Position numbers and translations under genes: made by a program. The notes below the pieces were generated by a model that saw nothing but the letters and a program-made list of their open reading frames with translations, was not told where the DNA came from and ran no database searches. Source: Minisyncoccota bacterium (lineage in GTDB: Bacteria > Patescibacteriota > Minisyncoccia > UBA6257 > 2-01-FULL-56-20). From it: 64,000 nucleotides of DNA. Below, in pieces: positions 1 to 10,079 of the stretch. The stretch is from the NCBI GenBank assembly GCA_035509435.1, contig DATJLR010000002.1:133774-197773 (forward strand), in the 5' to 3' direction. Numbering within the stretch: position 1 is the first letter of the stretch; every line of letters starts with the position of its first letter.

Positions 1-6
1 CCGTTC

Positions 7-765
7 ATGATCATGGAAGGCGCCCCCGCGACATCGACGCTCACGCCGCCGCCGCTCACCGTGCCCTCGAACATCGCGGAAACATTTGATGAGATCAATA
101 TGCAGCTGAACGTATCATGGTCCACCTCCACCGATCCTGACTGGCCGGCGAACCCGCTCCGCTATCAGCTGGACTATTCCACGTCCACGACCCTCTCCGA
201 TTCCGGCTGGACGGATCCGGGTCCGATCCCGCTTGCGATGGGCAATACCTATCTGATCGGCGTCCGCGCGCTCGACGGATACGGCGCCATATCTGCCGTG
301 GCGACGGCGACGTGGAATTTTCCTGCAGGATTTTCGCCCTATCTTTTGAGCCCCGAACTCAGCTATGCGTATCAGTATTTCACCGTGTCCGTAACGTCCA
401 CGCTCAAAACCATAGGGCTCTTTACCGCAAATGTCCGGGCGGCGTCGCAGCATCCTGACTGGTCCTCATGCTCGTTATCGCTCTTTGATGAGTACAGCCT
501 CTCTTCTCTCGGGATGATCGCAGACGACAGCGACCTTGGCGGATATTCGTGCGCGGGTGATCCCATATTTTCTTTTGCGTCCTCGTCCTTCGTCCTCTAT
601 CCCGGCCACACCTATCATTGGGTATTTTCCGGGGACGGTGGGGCGCTCAGCGTGCAGTTCTATGGCGCTGCCGCGGATACTGCAGGCGGCACATTCAGCG
701 ATCCTTCGCTTGCCAATGCGAAGTTTACCGTGACGGGCGACACGGGGGTGCTGTTTTCGAATTGA
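7..765 (+). CDS. C-terminal part of a secreted/surface protein with an FN3-like domain (probably begins before the window)
   Basis: Ser/Thr-rich ORF; 'LNVSWS...Y...NTYLIGVRALD' FN3-like pattern; frame open to the window edge. Confidence 0.55.
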   Translation: MIMEGAPATSTLTPPPLTVPSNIAETFDEINMQLNVSWSTSTDPDWPANPLRYQLDYSTSTTLSDSGWTDPGPIPLAMGNTYLIGVRALDGYGAISAVATATWNFPAGFSPYLLSPELSYAYQYFTVSVTSTLKTIGLFTANVRAASQHPDWSSCSLSLFDEYSLSSLGMIADDSDLGGYSCAGDPIFSFASSSFVLYPGHTYHWVFSGDGGALSVQFYGAAADTAGGTFSDPSLANAKFTVTGDTGVLFSN

Positions 766-804
766 TTAACAGCGATGCCCCGGGCGGGGTAATATATAGG
801 GCAT

Positions 805-1326
805 ATGGAACTCATCGTCATCGCGCACGACATCCGGAGCGTCCACAACGTGGGCTCCATCTTCCGCACCGCGGATGCCGCGGGCGTCGCGAAAATATAT
901 TTGTGCGGCATCACGCCGTCGCCCGTGGACCGCTTCAGGGCGGTGCGCCCCGACTTTGCCAAGGTCGCGCTCGGCGCGGAGAAGTTCGTGCCGTGGGAAT
1001 CGGCAAAGACAACGGCAGGCGTGATCAAAAAGCTAAAAGCGGAAGGATATGAGATCTTTGCGCTCGAGCAATCAAAGCGCTCCGTTCCGTACTACGATGC
1101 CGCACGGGCGATGCGCGCCGGCGCGCGCGTGGCGATCATCCTCGGCAATGAGGTAAAGGGACTGCCGCCGTCCATCCTGCGTTCCGCCGACCGCATCCTC
1201 GAGATCCCGATGATGGGCGAAAAGGAATCGCTGAACGTGGCCGTCGCCTTCGGCGTCGTGGCGTTCGGCCTGCGCTTCGGGAGGGGTGGCGATGGTGCCC
1301 ATACCGCCCGCGGTGGTAATATATAG
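805..1326 (+). CDS. SpoU/TrmH family RNA methyltransferase
   Basis: 'HDIRSVHNVGSIFRTADA', 'ILGNEVKG', 'IPMMGEKESLNVAVA' SPOUT motifs. Confidence 0.9.
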   Translation: MELIVIAHDIRSVHNVGSIFRTADAAGVAKIYLCGITPSPVDRFRAVRPDFAKVALGAEKFVPWESAKTTAGVIKKLKAEGYEIFALEQSKRSVPYYDAARAMRAGARVAIILGNEVKGLPPSILRSADRILEIPMMGEKESLNVAVAFGVVAFGLRFGRGGDGAHTARGGNI

Positions 1327-1330
1327 AGTA

Positions 1331-1951
1331 ATGTCCCGGAGTAAGAACATGGTCCTCTATATGATAGGAGCAGTCGTCGTCTTTGCCGTCATCGTCGCCG
1401 TCTGGTGGAAGGTGTTCTTCGGCACGCCCAACCCGCCGCTTCCCACGGCGACCGTATCCGTTGCGAGTTCGACCGCGTCGGGCGCCGCGAGCACGACGGT
1501 TGCGAGCACGACCGCCGCGCCGACGTCTTCCATCGACCAGTCGCTTGTTGACGGCGAGAACCCGCCGCTTCCCACCGAACCGTTCGCTGTCGACGGCGCC
1601 ACATTCACCGTTGAGCTTGCGACCACCACGCTCAACCAGTCGCGCGGGCTTTCGTACCGCCCGTCGCTCGCCGCGAACGCGGGCATGCTTTTCATATTCG
1701 GGTCGGGCAGCGTGCAGACATTTTGGATGCAGGGAATGAACTTTCCGCTCGACATGATCTGGATCAGCGGCACCACCGTCGTCGGCGTTTCGCAAAATGT
1801 TCCCGCGCCCGCCCCCGGCACCCAGCCCTGGGAGCTGCCTGTCTATAGTTCGCCCCCGAACACGGACAAGGTCCTGGAGGTGAATGCCGGCACTGCCGCA
1901 AAATATAATATAAAAACGGGGGATACGGTGACGATCGGCGGCGAGCAGTAG
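1331..1951 (+). CDS. Membrane-anchored DUF192 family protein
   Basis: N-terminal TM; 'RGLSYR...GMLFIF...FWMQGMNFPLDMIWI...VLEVNAG'. Confidence 0.85.
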   Translation: MSRSKNMVLYMIGAVVVFAVIVAVWWKVFFGTPNPPLPTATVSVASSTASGAASTTVASTTAAPTSSIDQSLVDGENPPLPTEPFAVDGATFTVELATTTLNQSRGLSYRPSLAANAGMLFIFGSGSVQTFWMQGMNFPLDMIWISGTTVVGVSQNVPAPAPGTQPWELPVYSSPPNTDKVLEVNAGTAAKYNIKTGDTVTIGGEQ

Positions 1952-1981
1952 GGATTGCCCAGCTTGTTCATGAAATAAAAA

Positions 1982-2005
1982 GTGCCACACTCTAGGGTGT
2001 GGCAC
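1982..2005 (-). terminator. Intrinsic terminator (minus strand)
   Basis: gtgccacac-tctagg-gtgtggcac stem preceded on + by an A-run. Confidence 0.6.
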
Positions 2006-2044
2006 AGGTTGTTGGAATTTTTGCACAGGACTGTGGGGATATTC

Positions 2045-2350
2045 TTATCGTCCCCGCGGCCCCGTATAGTGATCGCACATCGTGCAGACGTACGAAGGTC
2101 TCAAGTAGCCATAGCCGATCTCGGGACATTCGTTCTTGATCACCACCACCTTCCACATGGGCCGTCCGCAGTGCCAGTGAAACAGTCCCTTGGTGATCCT
2201 TTTTGCGGGCGTCGGGGAGGGCGGATCCAGGTATATGTGGCGTTCCTGTTCGATGATCCGTCGAATGCGCATCGTGTTTTCGTCGAAGACTGGTTTGGTC
2301 GCGTCGAAGCTACTATCAAGCAGCATATCCAACATAATAGATCCTCTCAA
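2045..2350 (-). CDS. Small hypothetical protein, possible zinc ribbon
   Basis: HWHCG...CTMCDH; followed by a minus-strand terminator; start uncertain. Confidence 0.4.
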   Translation of the reverse strand: MRGSIMLDMLLDSSFDATKPVFDENTMRIRRIIEQERHIYLDPPSPTPAKRITKGLFHWHCGRPMWKVVVIKNECPEIGYGYLRPSYVCTMCDHYTGPRGR

Positions 2351-2614
2351 AGTGCGGAAGCACTGACATATAATATCATATTATATATTATAATGTCAAG
2401 TTTAGGAATGGGGCTATATTTTGCCCTAAAATCATTCGAAAATCTGGGAGTTGGAGCTATACTATTAAGTATAAGAATCATTTTTATGAAGATTGAAGGG
2501 TCGAATCGGGCAAGTTCTTAAAAGCTACCGCCCGGCGGCATAACGCTATATAATAGAGTAAACGGTCATCCCATCACATAAATTAAGGGGTTTTAATAAA
2601 AATTTAACAAAAAG

Positions 2615-3646
2615 ATGGCAAACATACGGGTTGCGATAAACGGGTTCGGCAGGATCGGTCGGTTGTTCTTTAAGGCGGCGTTCGAGACGCCGGGCATCGA
2701 TATCGTCGCGTTGAACGATCTTGGCGATGTGGAAAACCTTGCCTATCTCTTGAAGTACGACACGGTCTATCGCCGGTTCGACAAGGAGGTGAAGGCGGAC
2801 ATGGCGAACGGCAAGCTCATCGTGGACGGAAAGGAGATCGCGTTCCTTCAAGTGAAGGATCCGACGCAGCTTCCGTGGAAGGATATGAATGTCGACATCG
2901 TTGTGGAGTCCACGGGATTGTTCGATGAATATGAAAAGGCGAAAGTGCATCTTGCGGCGGGCGCAAAGCGCGTCGTGATCACGGCGCCGGCAAAGGACGA
3001 GGACGGCGAGGCCGGACAGACCGTGCTCATCGGGGTGAACGAGGACAATTTCAAGATCGCGCCGATCACATCGAACGGCTCGTGCACGACGAACTCCGCG
3101 TCGCCGGTCATCCAGATCTTGAGCGAGAACCCCGGCATCGTAAAGGCGTCGCTCTCCACCGTGCATGCGTATACCGCGACGCAGGCGATCGTGGACGGCC
3201 CGATCCGCGGCGGCCATGACTTCCGCAAGGGCCGCGCCGCGGCGATGAACACCGTTCCCGAAACGACCGGCGCCGCGATCAGCGTTGCGCGCGCGATCCC
3301 GGAGCTTAAAGGAAAGTTCGACGGGCTCTCGTTCCGCGTGCCGAACATCACCGGTTCCATCTCCGACATCACATTTATCGCAAAGCGGCCGACGACCGTG
3401 GAGGAGATCCGCCAGATCCTCACCGCCGCCGCCGCGTCGCCGCGCTGGCAGGGGATCCTGCAGGTGACGAACGACCAGCTCGTCTCGTCGGATATCATCG
3501 GCCAGCCGTACGGCGCGACGGTGCCGCTCGACCTCATCAAAGTGATCGACGGCGACATGGTGAAGGTGCTCTCGTGGTACGACAACGAGGCGGGCTACGT
3601 GAGCACGCTCGTGAAGCACGTGCAAAAGGTGGCGGCATTACTATGA
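2615..3646 (+). CDS. gap: Glyceraldehyde-3-phosphate dehydrogenase type I
   Basis: 'INGFGRIGR', 'SNGSCTTN', 'WYDNE'. Confidence 0.97.
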   Translation: MANIRVAINGFGRIGRLFFKAAFETPGIDIVALNDLGDVENLAYLLKYDTVYRRFDKEVKADMANGKLIVDGKEIAFLQVKDPTQLPWKDMNVDIVVESTGLFDEYEKAKVHLAAGAKRVVITAPAKDEDGEAGQTVLIGVNEDNFKIAPITSNGSCTTNSASPVIQILSENPGIVKASLSTVHAYTATQAIVDGPIRGGHDFRKGRAAAMNTVPETTGAAISVARAIPELKGKFDGLSFRVPNITGSISDITFIAKRPTTVEEIRQILTAAAASPRWQGILQVTNDQLVSSDIIGQPYGATVPLDLIKVIDGDMVKVLSWYDNEAGYVSTLVKHVQKVAALL

Positions 3647-4098
3647 CCATCTATATCGGCGCGGATCATCGGGGATTTGCGCTCAAGGGAATGATCGCGC
3701 AGGCGCTCGCGGCCGAAGGCCGCGGGGCCGTTGATGTCGGCGCCGTCGCGTACGACCCCGCGGACGATTATCCCGATTTTGCGCGGGTGGTCGCGGAGAA
3801 GGTTGCGACCGGCGGCGCGGGCGCGCGTGGCATCGTGATCTGCGGGTCGGGATTCGGCGTGGATATCGTTGCCAACAAGTTCAACGGGGTCCGTTCAGCG
3901 CTCGCGATGTCGCCGGAGCATGTCACTGCCGGCCGTCATGATGACGACGTGAACGTGCTGAGCATCGCTGCGGACCTCATGACACCCGAAAAAGCGCTGG
4001 AGATCGTGCGGGCGTTCCTCAACACGCCGTTCGAGGCGAACGAAGAGCGTTACGTCCGGCGCCTTCAAAAAATATCCGCAATAGAGAGCGGACAATAA
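3643..4098 (+). CDS. rpiB: Ribose-5-phosphate isomerase B
   Basis: 'IGADHRG', 'DYPD', 'ICGSG'; ATGA overlap with gap stop. Confidence 0.93.
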   Translation: MTIYIGADHRGFALKGMIAQALAAEGRGAVDVGAVAYDPADDYPDFARVVAEKVATGGAGARGIVICGSGFGVDIVANKFNGVRSALAMSPEHVTAGRHDDDVNVLSIAADLMTPEKALEIVRAFLNTPFEANEERYVRRLQKISAIESGQ

Positions 4099-4099
4099 C

Positions 4100-4741
4100 A
4101 TGAAGGTCGTCCCGGTGATCAATTGTCCGGACGTTGAATGCGTCAAAAAAAAGATCGCGATCGCGCAGACGTTCCTCGCGCCCGGCGATCTTCTCCACCT
4201 TGACGTTACGGATGGTTCGTTCGCCGCACACCGGACATGGGCTGATCCGATGGAATGGCCGAAGCTCAAGTCGCCGTTCGGGCTTGAGGTGCATCTGATG
4301 GTGGATCAGCCGGAGGAATATGCGGACAATTGGCTTGCTGCCGGCGCGCGGCGGCTGATCGTGCATTTGGAATCGGTCAACCGGCATTCTTTGCACGAGT
4401 TCGTCTCCACCGCGGCGCGATACCATGCGGACATCATGATCTCATCGCGGCCGGAGTCGCTCCCCGAGGATTTCCAGCCGTTCTTCCGGAACTTCCGCGA
4501 GTTTCAGGTGCTTGCGGTGCAGCCCGGACCCGCGGGCCAGGAATTCCTTCCCTTCGTGGACGAAAAGGTGCGATTTTTGAGGGAAGAGCTTCCGGATGCT
4601 ACAATTGAAGTGGATGGGGGAATGAATCCCGACACGGCACGGCGCGTCAAAGAGGTCGGTGCCGACACCATTGTTTCCTCGAGCTATATCTTCAATGCTG
4701 CCGATCCCGGGAAGGCCTACGAAGAGCTGAGCGCTATTTGA
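4100..4741 (+). CDS. rpe: Ribulose-phosphate 3-epimerase
   Basis: 'HLDVTDG', 'EVHLMV', 'EVDGG'. Confidence 0.92.
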   Translation: MKVVPVINCPDVECVKKKIAIAQTFLAPGDLLHLDVTDGSFAAHRTWADPMEWPKLKSPFGLEVHLMVDQPEEYADNWLAAGARRLIVHLESVNRHSLHEFVSTAARYHADIMISSRPESLPEDFQPFFRNFREFQVLAVQPGPAGQEFLPFVDEKVRFLREELPDATIEVDGGMNPDTARRVKEVGADTIVSSSYIFNAADPGKAYEELSAI

Positions 4742-4751
4742 TATTTTTTAA

Positions 4752-5612
4752 ATGGAACCCCTAAGCGAGAAAAAACTGAAAGAGATGGAGCTCGTGGCCA
4801 ATCGTCTGCGCGAGGACGTCATCAAGATGGTCTCGCATGCCGGATCGGGCCACATCGCCGGACCGCTCGACATGGCGGAGATCTTTACTGCGTTCTATTT
4901 CCATATATTGAACCAGGACCCAAAGAACCCGGCGATGCCGGATCGCGACCGTCTTGTGCTTTCGAACGGGCATATCTGTCCGATCCAATATGCCGCGCTT
5001 GCGCATGCCGGCTATTTCCCGGTCAAGGAACTGGATACTCTGCGGCAACTAGGCACCAGGCTTCAGGGTCATCCGCACCGCGGTGTCTTGCCAGGCATTG
5101 AGACCACGTCCGGGCCGCTCGGCTCGGGTATTTCGCAGGCGTCGGGCATCGCACTCGCGGCCCGCTTGGATTCCAAGAAGTATCAGGTGTACTGCATCAC
5201 TTCTGACGGCGAACACGAAGAAGGCAACACGTGGGAAGCGGTGATGTTCGCAGGCAAGAACCGGCTGAGCAATCTCACGGTGATCGTGGACCGCAACAAT
5301 ATCCAGATCGACGGCTTTACGGAGCACATCATGCCGCTCGAACCGTTCGCGGACAAGTATCGCTCGTTCAACTGGCACGTGCTCGAGATCGACGGGCATA
5401 ACTTTGAGGAGATCGTCGCCGCGGCAGCGGAGGCGCGCGCGGTGCACGAGCAGCCCACGGTGATCATCGCGCACACGATCCCGGGCAAGGGCGTGGACTT
5501 CATGGAGAACGATTACCTGTGGCACTCCAAGCCGTTCAAGCCGGGAGAGGCAAAGAAGGCCCTCGATGAGCTGCGCACGCTCCGCGGAAAGATACAAAGC
5601 GAACATCAATAA
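4752..5612 (+). CDS. Transketolase N-terminal subunit
   Basis: 'DRDRLVLSNGH', 'LQGHP', TPP motif 'SDGEHEEG...N'. Confidence 0.95.
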   Translation: MEPLSEKKLKEMELVANRLREDVIKMVSHAGSGHIAGPLDMAEIFTAFYFHILNQDPKNPAMPDRDRLVLSNGHICPIQYAALAHAGYFPVKELDTLRQLGTRLQGHPHRGVLPGIETTSGPLGSGISQASGIALAARLDSKKYQVYCITSDGEHEEGNTWEAVMFAGKNRLSNLTVIVDRNNIQIDGFTEHIMPLEPFADKYRSFNWHVLEIDGHNFEEIVAAAAEARAVHEQPTVIIAHTIPGKGVDFMENDYLWHSKPFKPGEAKKALDELRTLRGKIQSEHQ

Positions 5613-5644
5613 AAGTCGCGATAAGTAATTTATTTAAAAAAAAT

Positions 5645-6175
5645 ATGAAAGTGGTGAATTTTGTGATCGGGCTTGCGACGGCGGTGATCCTGGGGGCGCT
5701 CATCAATCTCGGCATCAAGGCGTTCTATCCGGAACCGGTCGCGCCGACGTATCCCAGCTATCCGGTCGCTGCCGCGCCGTGCGCATCGAACGATACTGCA
5801 TGCCAAAATCAGCAGTCGGCGATCGCCACCCAGCAAGAGGATGCATTCAACCAGCAGGAGACGTCCTATGAGGACGCGATGAAAGTGTACGATAAAAACC
5901 TTTTCATCATCGCGAACATCGTGGGCATCATCGTGTTCGCGGCCGGTTTTTGGCTGATCTTCGGCGGCGTGGCGCTGGCGTCGAATGCGGTGCCCATCGG
6001 CATGATGCTCGCCGGACTGTGGAGCATCATCTACGGCTATGGCCGCGGATGGGGGAGCGTTGATGACCAGCTGAAGTTCTTTATCGGCCTTGTTATCGCC
6101 GCGATCGTGATCGGCGGAAGCATGTGGCTCATGCAGCGCTACCAGAAAAAACGCGGTGCCGCGGAAACAAAATAA
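5645..6175 (+). CDS. Hypothetical membrane protein (~4 TM)
   Basis: Hydrophobic segments; lies between the transketolase halves. Confidence 0.75.
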   Translation: MKVVNFVIGLATAVILGALINLGIKAFYPEPVAPTYPSYPVAAAPCASNDTACQNQQSAIATQQEDAFNQQETSYEDAMKVYDKNLFIIANIVGIIVFAAGFWLIFGGVALASNAVPIGMMLAGLWSIIYGYGRGWGSVDDQLKFFIGLVIAAIVIGGSMWLMQRYQKKRGAAETK

Positions 6176-6195
6176 TATCATAGAGAGCGAGAACA

Positions 6196-7188
6196 ATGCT
6201 GAATCCCGAGGCAAAATTGAATCCGCATATCTTTGATGATGATGTCGCGCAGGCGCCGACGCGCAACGGCTATGGCGAAGGGCTCGTCATCGCGGGCGAT
6301 GCCAACCGCAACGTTGTCGCGTTGTGCGCCGACCTTACGGAGTCCACGCGCGCGGAAGCGTTCGCCACAAAATATCCGGAGCGGTTCTTTGAGGTCGGCG
6401 TTGCCGAGCAGAATATGGCAACGGTCGCCGCGGGCCTCGGCGTCACGGGCAAGATCCCGTTCATCTCGTCATACGCCACCTTCTCGCCGGGCCGCAACTG
6501 GGAACAGATCCGCACGACGATCGCGTACAACGACGCGAACGTGAAGGTGGCGGGACATCATGCGGGCATCTCCGTCGGCCCCGACGGCGCGACGCATCAG
6601 GCCACCGAGGATATCGCCATCATGCGCGCGATTCCCAACATGAAGGTGATCGTCCCGTGCGACGCGATCGAGGCGCGCAAAGCCACGGTCGCCGCGGCGC
6701 AGATCTATGGCCCGGTGTATCTTCGTTTCCAGCGTGAGAAAACGCCGGTCATGACGACGGACGATACGCCGTTCGTCCCCGGCAAGGCGCAGGTGTTCTG
6801 GCAGTCAAAGAAGCCGGAGGTGCTGATCATCGGCTGCGGCGGCCTTCTTTATAATGCGCTGCTCGCCGCGCGCGAGCTGGAGGAAAAGGATGGCGTTGGC
6901 AGTATCGTGCTCAACGTGCATACCATCAAGCCGATCGACGACAAGAAGATCGCGGAGCTCGCAAAGAAGATCGGTGCGGTCGTGACGGTGGAAGAGCATC
7001 AGGTCCAGGGCGGCCTTGGCGGCGCGGTGGCGGAGGCGCTTGCAAAGCACGCGCCTGCGCCGGTCGAGTTCATCGGCATGCAGAACGTGTTCGGCGAGTC
7101 CGGCGCCCCGGCCGAACTCGTCAAAAAATATTGCATGATGCCGAAGGACATCGCCGCCGCGGCAAAGAAGGTAATTCGGAGGAAATAG
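6196..7188 (+). CDS. Transketolase C-terminal subunit
   Basis: 'GVAEQNM', 'GPDGATHQ', 'VEEH...GGLG'. Confidence 0.95.
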   Translation: MLNPEAKLNPHIFDDDVAQAPTRNGYGEGLVIAGDANRNVVALCADLTESTRAEAFATKYPERFFEVGVAEQNMATVAAGLGVTGKIPFISSYATFSPGRNWEQIRTTIAYNDANVKVAGHHAGISVGPDGATHQATEDIAIMRAIPNMKVIVPCDAIEARKATVAAAQIYGPVYLRFQREKTPVMTTDDTPFVPGKAQVFWQSKKPEVLIIGCGGLLYNALLAARELEEKDGVGSIVLNVHTIKPIDDKKIAELAKKIGAVVTVEEHQVQGGLGGAVAEALAKHAPAPVEFIGMQNVFGESGAPAELVKKYCMMPKDIAAAAKKVIRRK

Positions 7189-7259
7189 CAGTGAACAAAA
7201 GATTAAAAAAAGCTAAAAAGAAATTTGCATCACCGCGCAAAAAGCGTAAGGTGAAGCAT

Positions 7260-7478
7260 ATGAAGAAGATCGAATTGGTAAGCGCGGTGTGGCGGGAGGG
7301 CAAATATTATATTGCTCAGTGTTTGAATGTGGATGTTTCGAGCTTTGGTGAGTCAAAAGCCATTGCCCTTAAGAATCTGCGTGAGGCTTTGGAACTATAC
7401 CTTGAGGATGTTCCCGCATCTCACATCGCAAAGATTCATCAGCCCGGGCTCCAGACGCAGGAGCTGATGCATGCCTAA
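7260..7478 (+). CDS. hicB: HicB-like antitoxin (short, no DNA-binding domain)
   Basis: 'WREGKYYIAQC...SSFGES...NLREALELYLED'; alternative GTG start at 7191. Confidence 0.85.
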   Translation: MKKIELVSAVWREGKYYIAQCLNVDVSSFGESKAIALKNLREALELYLEDVPASHIAKIHQPGLQTQELMHA

Positions 7479-7692
7479 ACTCCCTTCGTCAAAGGCGATT
7501 GTGTCCGTCCTTCTTAAAGAAGGATTTGTTTTTGTTTCCCAGAAGGGCAGCCATGCAAAATATCGAAACAGCATGGGCGGAAGGATGATGACCGTGATCG
7601 TACCGATGGGGCAAAAAGAAATACCATGGGGCACGGTGAGATCCATTATTCATCAATCCGGACTGCCCCGGGAGCGATTTGTGCTACAATGA
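7471..7692 (+). CDS. hicA: HicA mRNA interferase toxin
   Basis: 'GFVFVSQKGSHAKY...VP...GTVRSII..SG'. Confidence 0.9.
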   Translation: MPKLPSSKAIVSVLLKEGFVFVSQKGSHAKYRNSMGGRMMTVIVPMGQKEIPWGTVRSIIHQSGLPRERFVLQ

Positions 7693-7696
7693 AATC

Positions 7697-8695
7697 ATGA
7701 AACAAAAATACGACGTGGTGTGCATCGGCGACGTGGTGATGGATGCGTTCATCACGCTCGAAGAGGCAAAGGTGGAATGGGACAAGATGCACGAGCATCC
7801 GGAGCTTGAGATGCCGTTTGCCACAAAGATCCCGTACGAGTCGCTCACGGTCGCGACCGCGGTGGGAAACGCGTCGAACGTCGCGGTCGGTTCCGCGCGG
7901 CTGGGGCTCAACACGGCCATCGTCACGTCGATCGGCGGCGACCATTACGGCACCGAAGTGCTTGATCACTATCATAAGGAGGGCGTGAGCACGGAGTATG
8001 TGAAGATCAACAAGAGCAAGCCCACCAACTATCATTTTGTGCTCACGTACAAGGCGGAGCGTACCATCCTCATCAAGCATCAGGAATATGAATATTTCGA
8101 CCCGCGCAAGCTGGATTCCAAGACCGGCTGGATCTATTTTTCATCCATCGCGGAGCACACGCTCCCGTTCCATAAGAAGGTCGCGGATTATCTGAAGAAG
8201 CATCCGGATGTCAAAATGGGATTCAACCCGGGCACGTTCCAGCTCCGCTTCGGCGCGGAAAAGTTGCGTGAGATCTACAAACACACGTATGCGCTGTTCG
8301 TGAATCGCGAGGAGGCGGCGCTCATCCTGCGCACTAAGAGCGAGGACATCAAGATGCTGTTCAAGGGCCTCCACAAGCTTGGCCCGAAGGTGGTCGTGAT
8401 CACGGACGGTCCGGCAGGCGCGTACGCGTCCGACGGGATGAACCAGTATTTTATGCCGCCTTATCCGGATCCCAAGCCGCCGATCTCGCGCACCGGCGCG
8501 GGCGACGCCTTTTCCACCGGATTTTTCTGCGGCCTCGTTTATGGTCTTTCGGTGTACGACGCGCTCCGCTGGGCCCCGATCGAATCCATGCACGTCGTCC
8601 AGTTCTTCGGCGCGCAAACCGGCTTGCTCAAGAAGTCCGCGCTCCTCGCGCTGCTCAAGAAAGCGCCAAAAAATTATCGCCCGAAGACGATATGA
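7697..8695 (+). CDS. PfkB family carbohydrate kinase
   Basis: 'GNASNVAVGSARLG', 'RTGAGDAF'. Confidence 0.92.
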   Translation: MKQKYDVVCIGDVVMDAFITLEEAKVEWDKMHEHPELEMPFATKIPYESLTVATAVGNASNVAVGSARLGLNTAIVTSIGGDHYGTEVLDHYHKEGVSTEYVKINKSKPTNYHFVLTYKAERTILIKHQEYEYFDPRKLDSKTGWIYFSSIAEHTLPFHKKVADYLKKHPDVKMGFNPGTFQLRFGAEKLREIYKHTYALFVNREEAALILRTKSEDIKMLFKGLHKLGPKVVVITDGPAGAYASDGMNQYFMPPYPDPKPPISRTGAGDAFSTGFFCGLVYGLSVYDALRWAPIESMHVVQFFGAQTGLLKKSALLALLKKAPKNYRPKTI

Positions 8696-9570
8696 AAACC
8701 CTCCGTGAAGCTTTAGCCGATGCCGATTCCCGCCATGTTGCCGTGGGGCATTTCAATATTTCCGACCTCGCGGCGCTGAAGGGGATCTTTGCGGCTGCAC
8801 AACAACTTCAACTGCCGCTCCTGATCGGCGTTTCGGAAGGGGAGCGCGAGTTCATTGGCGTCAAGCAGGCCGCCGCTCTTATCAAGAGCCTGCGCGACGA
8901 GTACGACTATCCGATCTTCCTCAATGCCGACCACACGCATTCGCTCGACAAAGTGAAGGAAGCGGCGGAGGCGGGATTCGACGAGATCATCTTTGATAAC
9001 TCATCGTTGCCGATGGAAGAGAACATCGCGAACACGAAGGCCGCGGTTGCCGCGATCCGCGCGATCAACCCCGCGATCGTGATAGAAGGCGAGATCGGTT
9101 ACATCGGCGCGAACTCGGAGGTGATGGATGCCGCGCCGACGGGCATCGCGCTCAGCACGCCGGAGGAAGCGGTGCGCTTTTGCGCCGAGACCGGCATCGA
9201 CGTGCTCGCGCCCGCGGTGGGGAACATGCACGGGCTTTTGAAGACGATGGTGGCGGGCACCGCGCACAAGGAACTCGACATCCCGCGCATCGGCGAGATC
9301 AAGGCGGCGATCGCGGCGCAGACCGGCACGAAGTTCATGACGCTGCATGGCGGCTCCGGCACCGAGGACAAGATGTTCACAGAGGCCGCCCGCGCTGGCA
9401 TGACGATCATCCACGTTTCGAGCGAGTTGCGCCTTGCGTGGCGCCGCGGCGTGGAGGAAGGGCTCAAGAATCCCGACGAGATCGCGCCATACAAAATAGC
9501 CGCACCCGCGGTCGTCGCCATCCAAAAGATCGTGACCGACCGCCTGAAGCTTTTTAACGGAATGGAGTAG
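8692..9570 (+). CDS. fba: Class II fructose-bisphosphate aldolase
   Basis: 'NADH', 'EGEIG', 'VGNMHG', 'LHGGSG'. Confidence 0.93.
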   Translation: MKTLREALADADSRHVAVGHFNISDLAALKGIFAAAQQLQLPLLIGVSEGEREFIGVKQAAALIKSLRDEYDYPIFLNADHTHSLDKVKEAAEAGFDEIIFDNSSLPMEENIANTKAAVAAIRAINPAIVIEGEIGYIGANSEVMDAAPTGIALSTPEEAVRFCAETGIDVLAPAVGNMHGLLKTMVAGTAHKELDIPRIGEIKAAIAAQTGTKFMTLHGGSGTEDKMFTEAARAGMTIIHVSSELRLAWRRGVEEGLKNPDEIAPYKIAAPAVVAIQKIVTDRLKLFNGME

Positions 9571-9642
9571 GGCTGGTCAATTAGGTGCGGGTGTGGTATT
9601 ATCTTCCGAGGCGTTCGAATCAGTAAAACGGGAGAATCAGAC

Positions 9643-9993
9643 ATGAAATCTGCAGTTTTGGTGGTGCTGGATTCCGGCGTAGCTGCTGTCGGGCTTCTGT
9701 GTTACATTCAGCAATGCTTTCCGGTTGCGGATTTTCCTCCAACCGACCATCCGGCGTATCGCGAGCTGGCCCATGCCATGCGCTTTGACGACGAATTTCA
9801 GGGATCGTTCCAGGGCAATTTCAACCTCAAAGCGGCGCTCGACAAGGCCGCGGAGGTCGATCTTAAAACGAAAAGGATCAGGATGAGGCCCGGTGGGGTG
9901 GAGGGCCGGTTCCTCGGGGAGCGTTTTCCCAGTTTAGCGCATTCGCTGTTCAGGCTGGCCCTCGAGATAAGGGGTCTCGTTACCTTCGGGTAG
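9643..9993 (+). CDS. Hypothetical protein
   Basis: ORF with GGAG Shine-Dalgarno and a downstream terminator. Confidence 0.5.
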   Translation: MKSAVLVVLDSGVAAVGLLCYIQQCFPVADFPPTDHPAYRELAHAMRFDDEFQGSFQGNFNLKAALDKAAEVDLKTKRIRMRPGGVEGRFLGERFPSLAHSLFRLALEIRGLVTFG

Positions 9994-10011
9994 TCGAAAG
10001 AAAGAAGAAAT

Positions 10012-10040
10012 GGACCGCTTCCTGGGAAGCGGTCCTCTTT
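10012..10040 (+). terminator. Intrinsic terminator
   Basis: ggaccgcttc...gaagcggtcc stem followed by tcttt. Confidence 0.6.
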
Positions 10041-10079
10041 ATACTTGCCATTTCCCGCTGGTTTGCTATACTTTCGCTT

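Noticed and set aside
7191-7259. NLS-like peptide PRKKRKV upstream of hicB
   Set aside because: A-rich sequence readily yields Lys/Arg runs, and translation of this extension is uncertain
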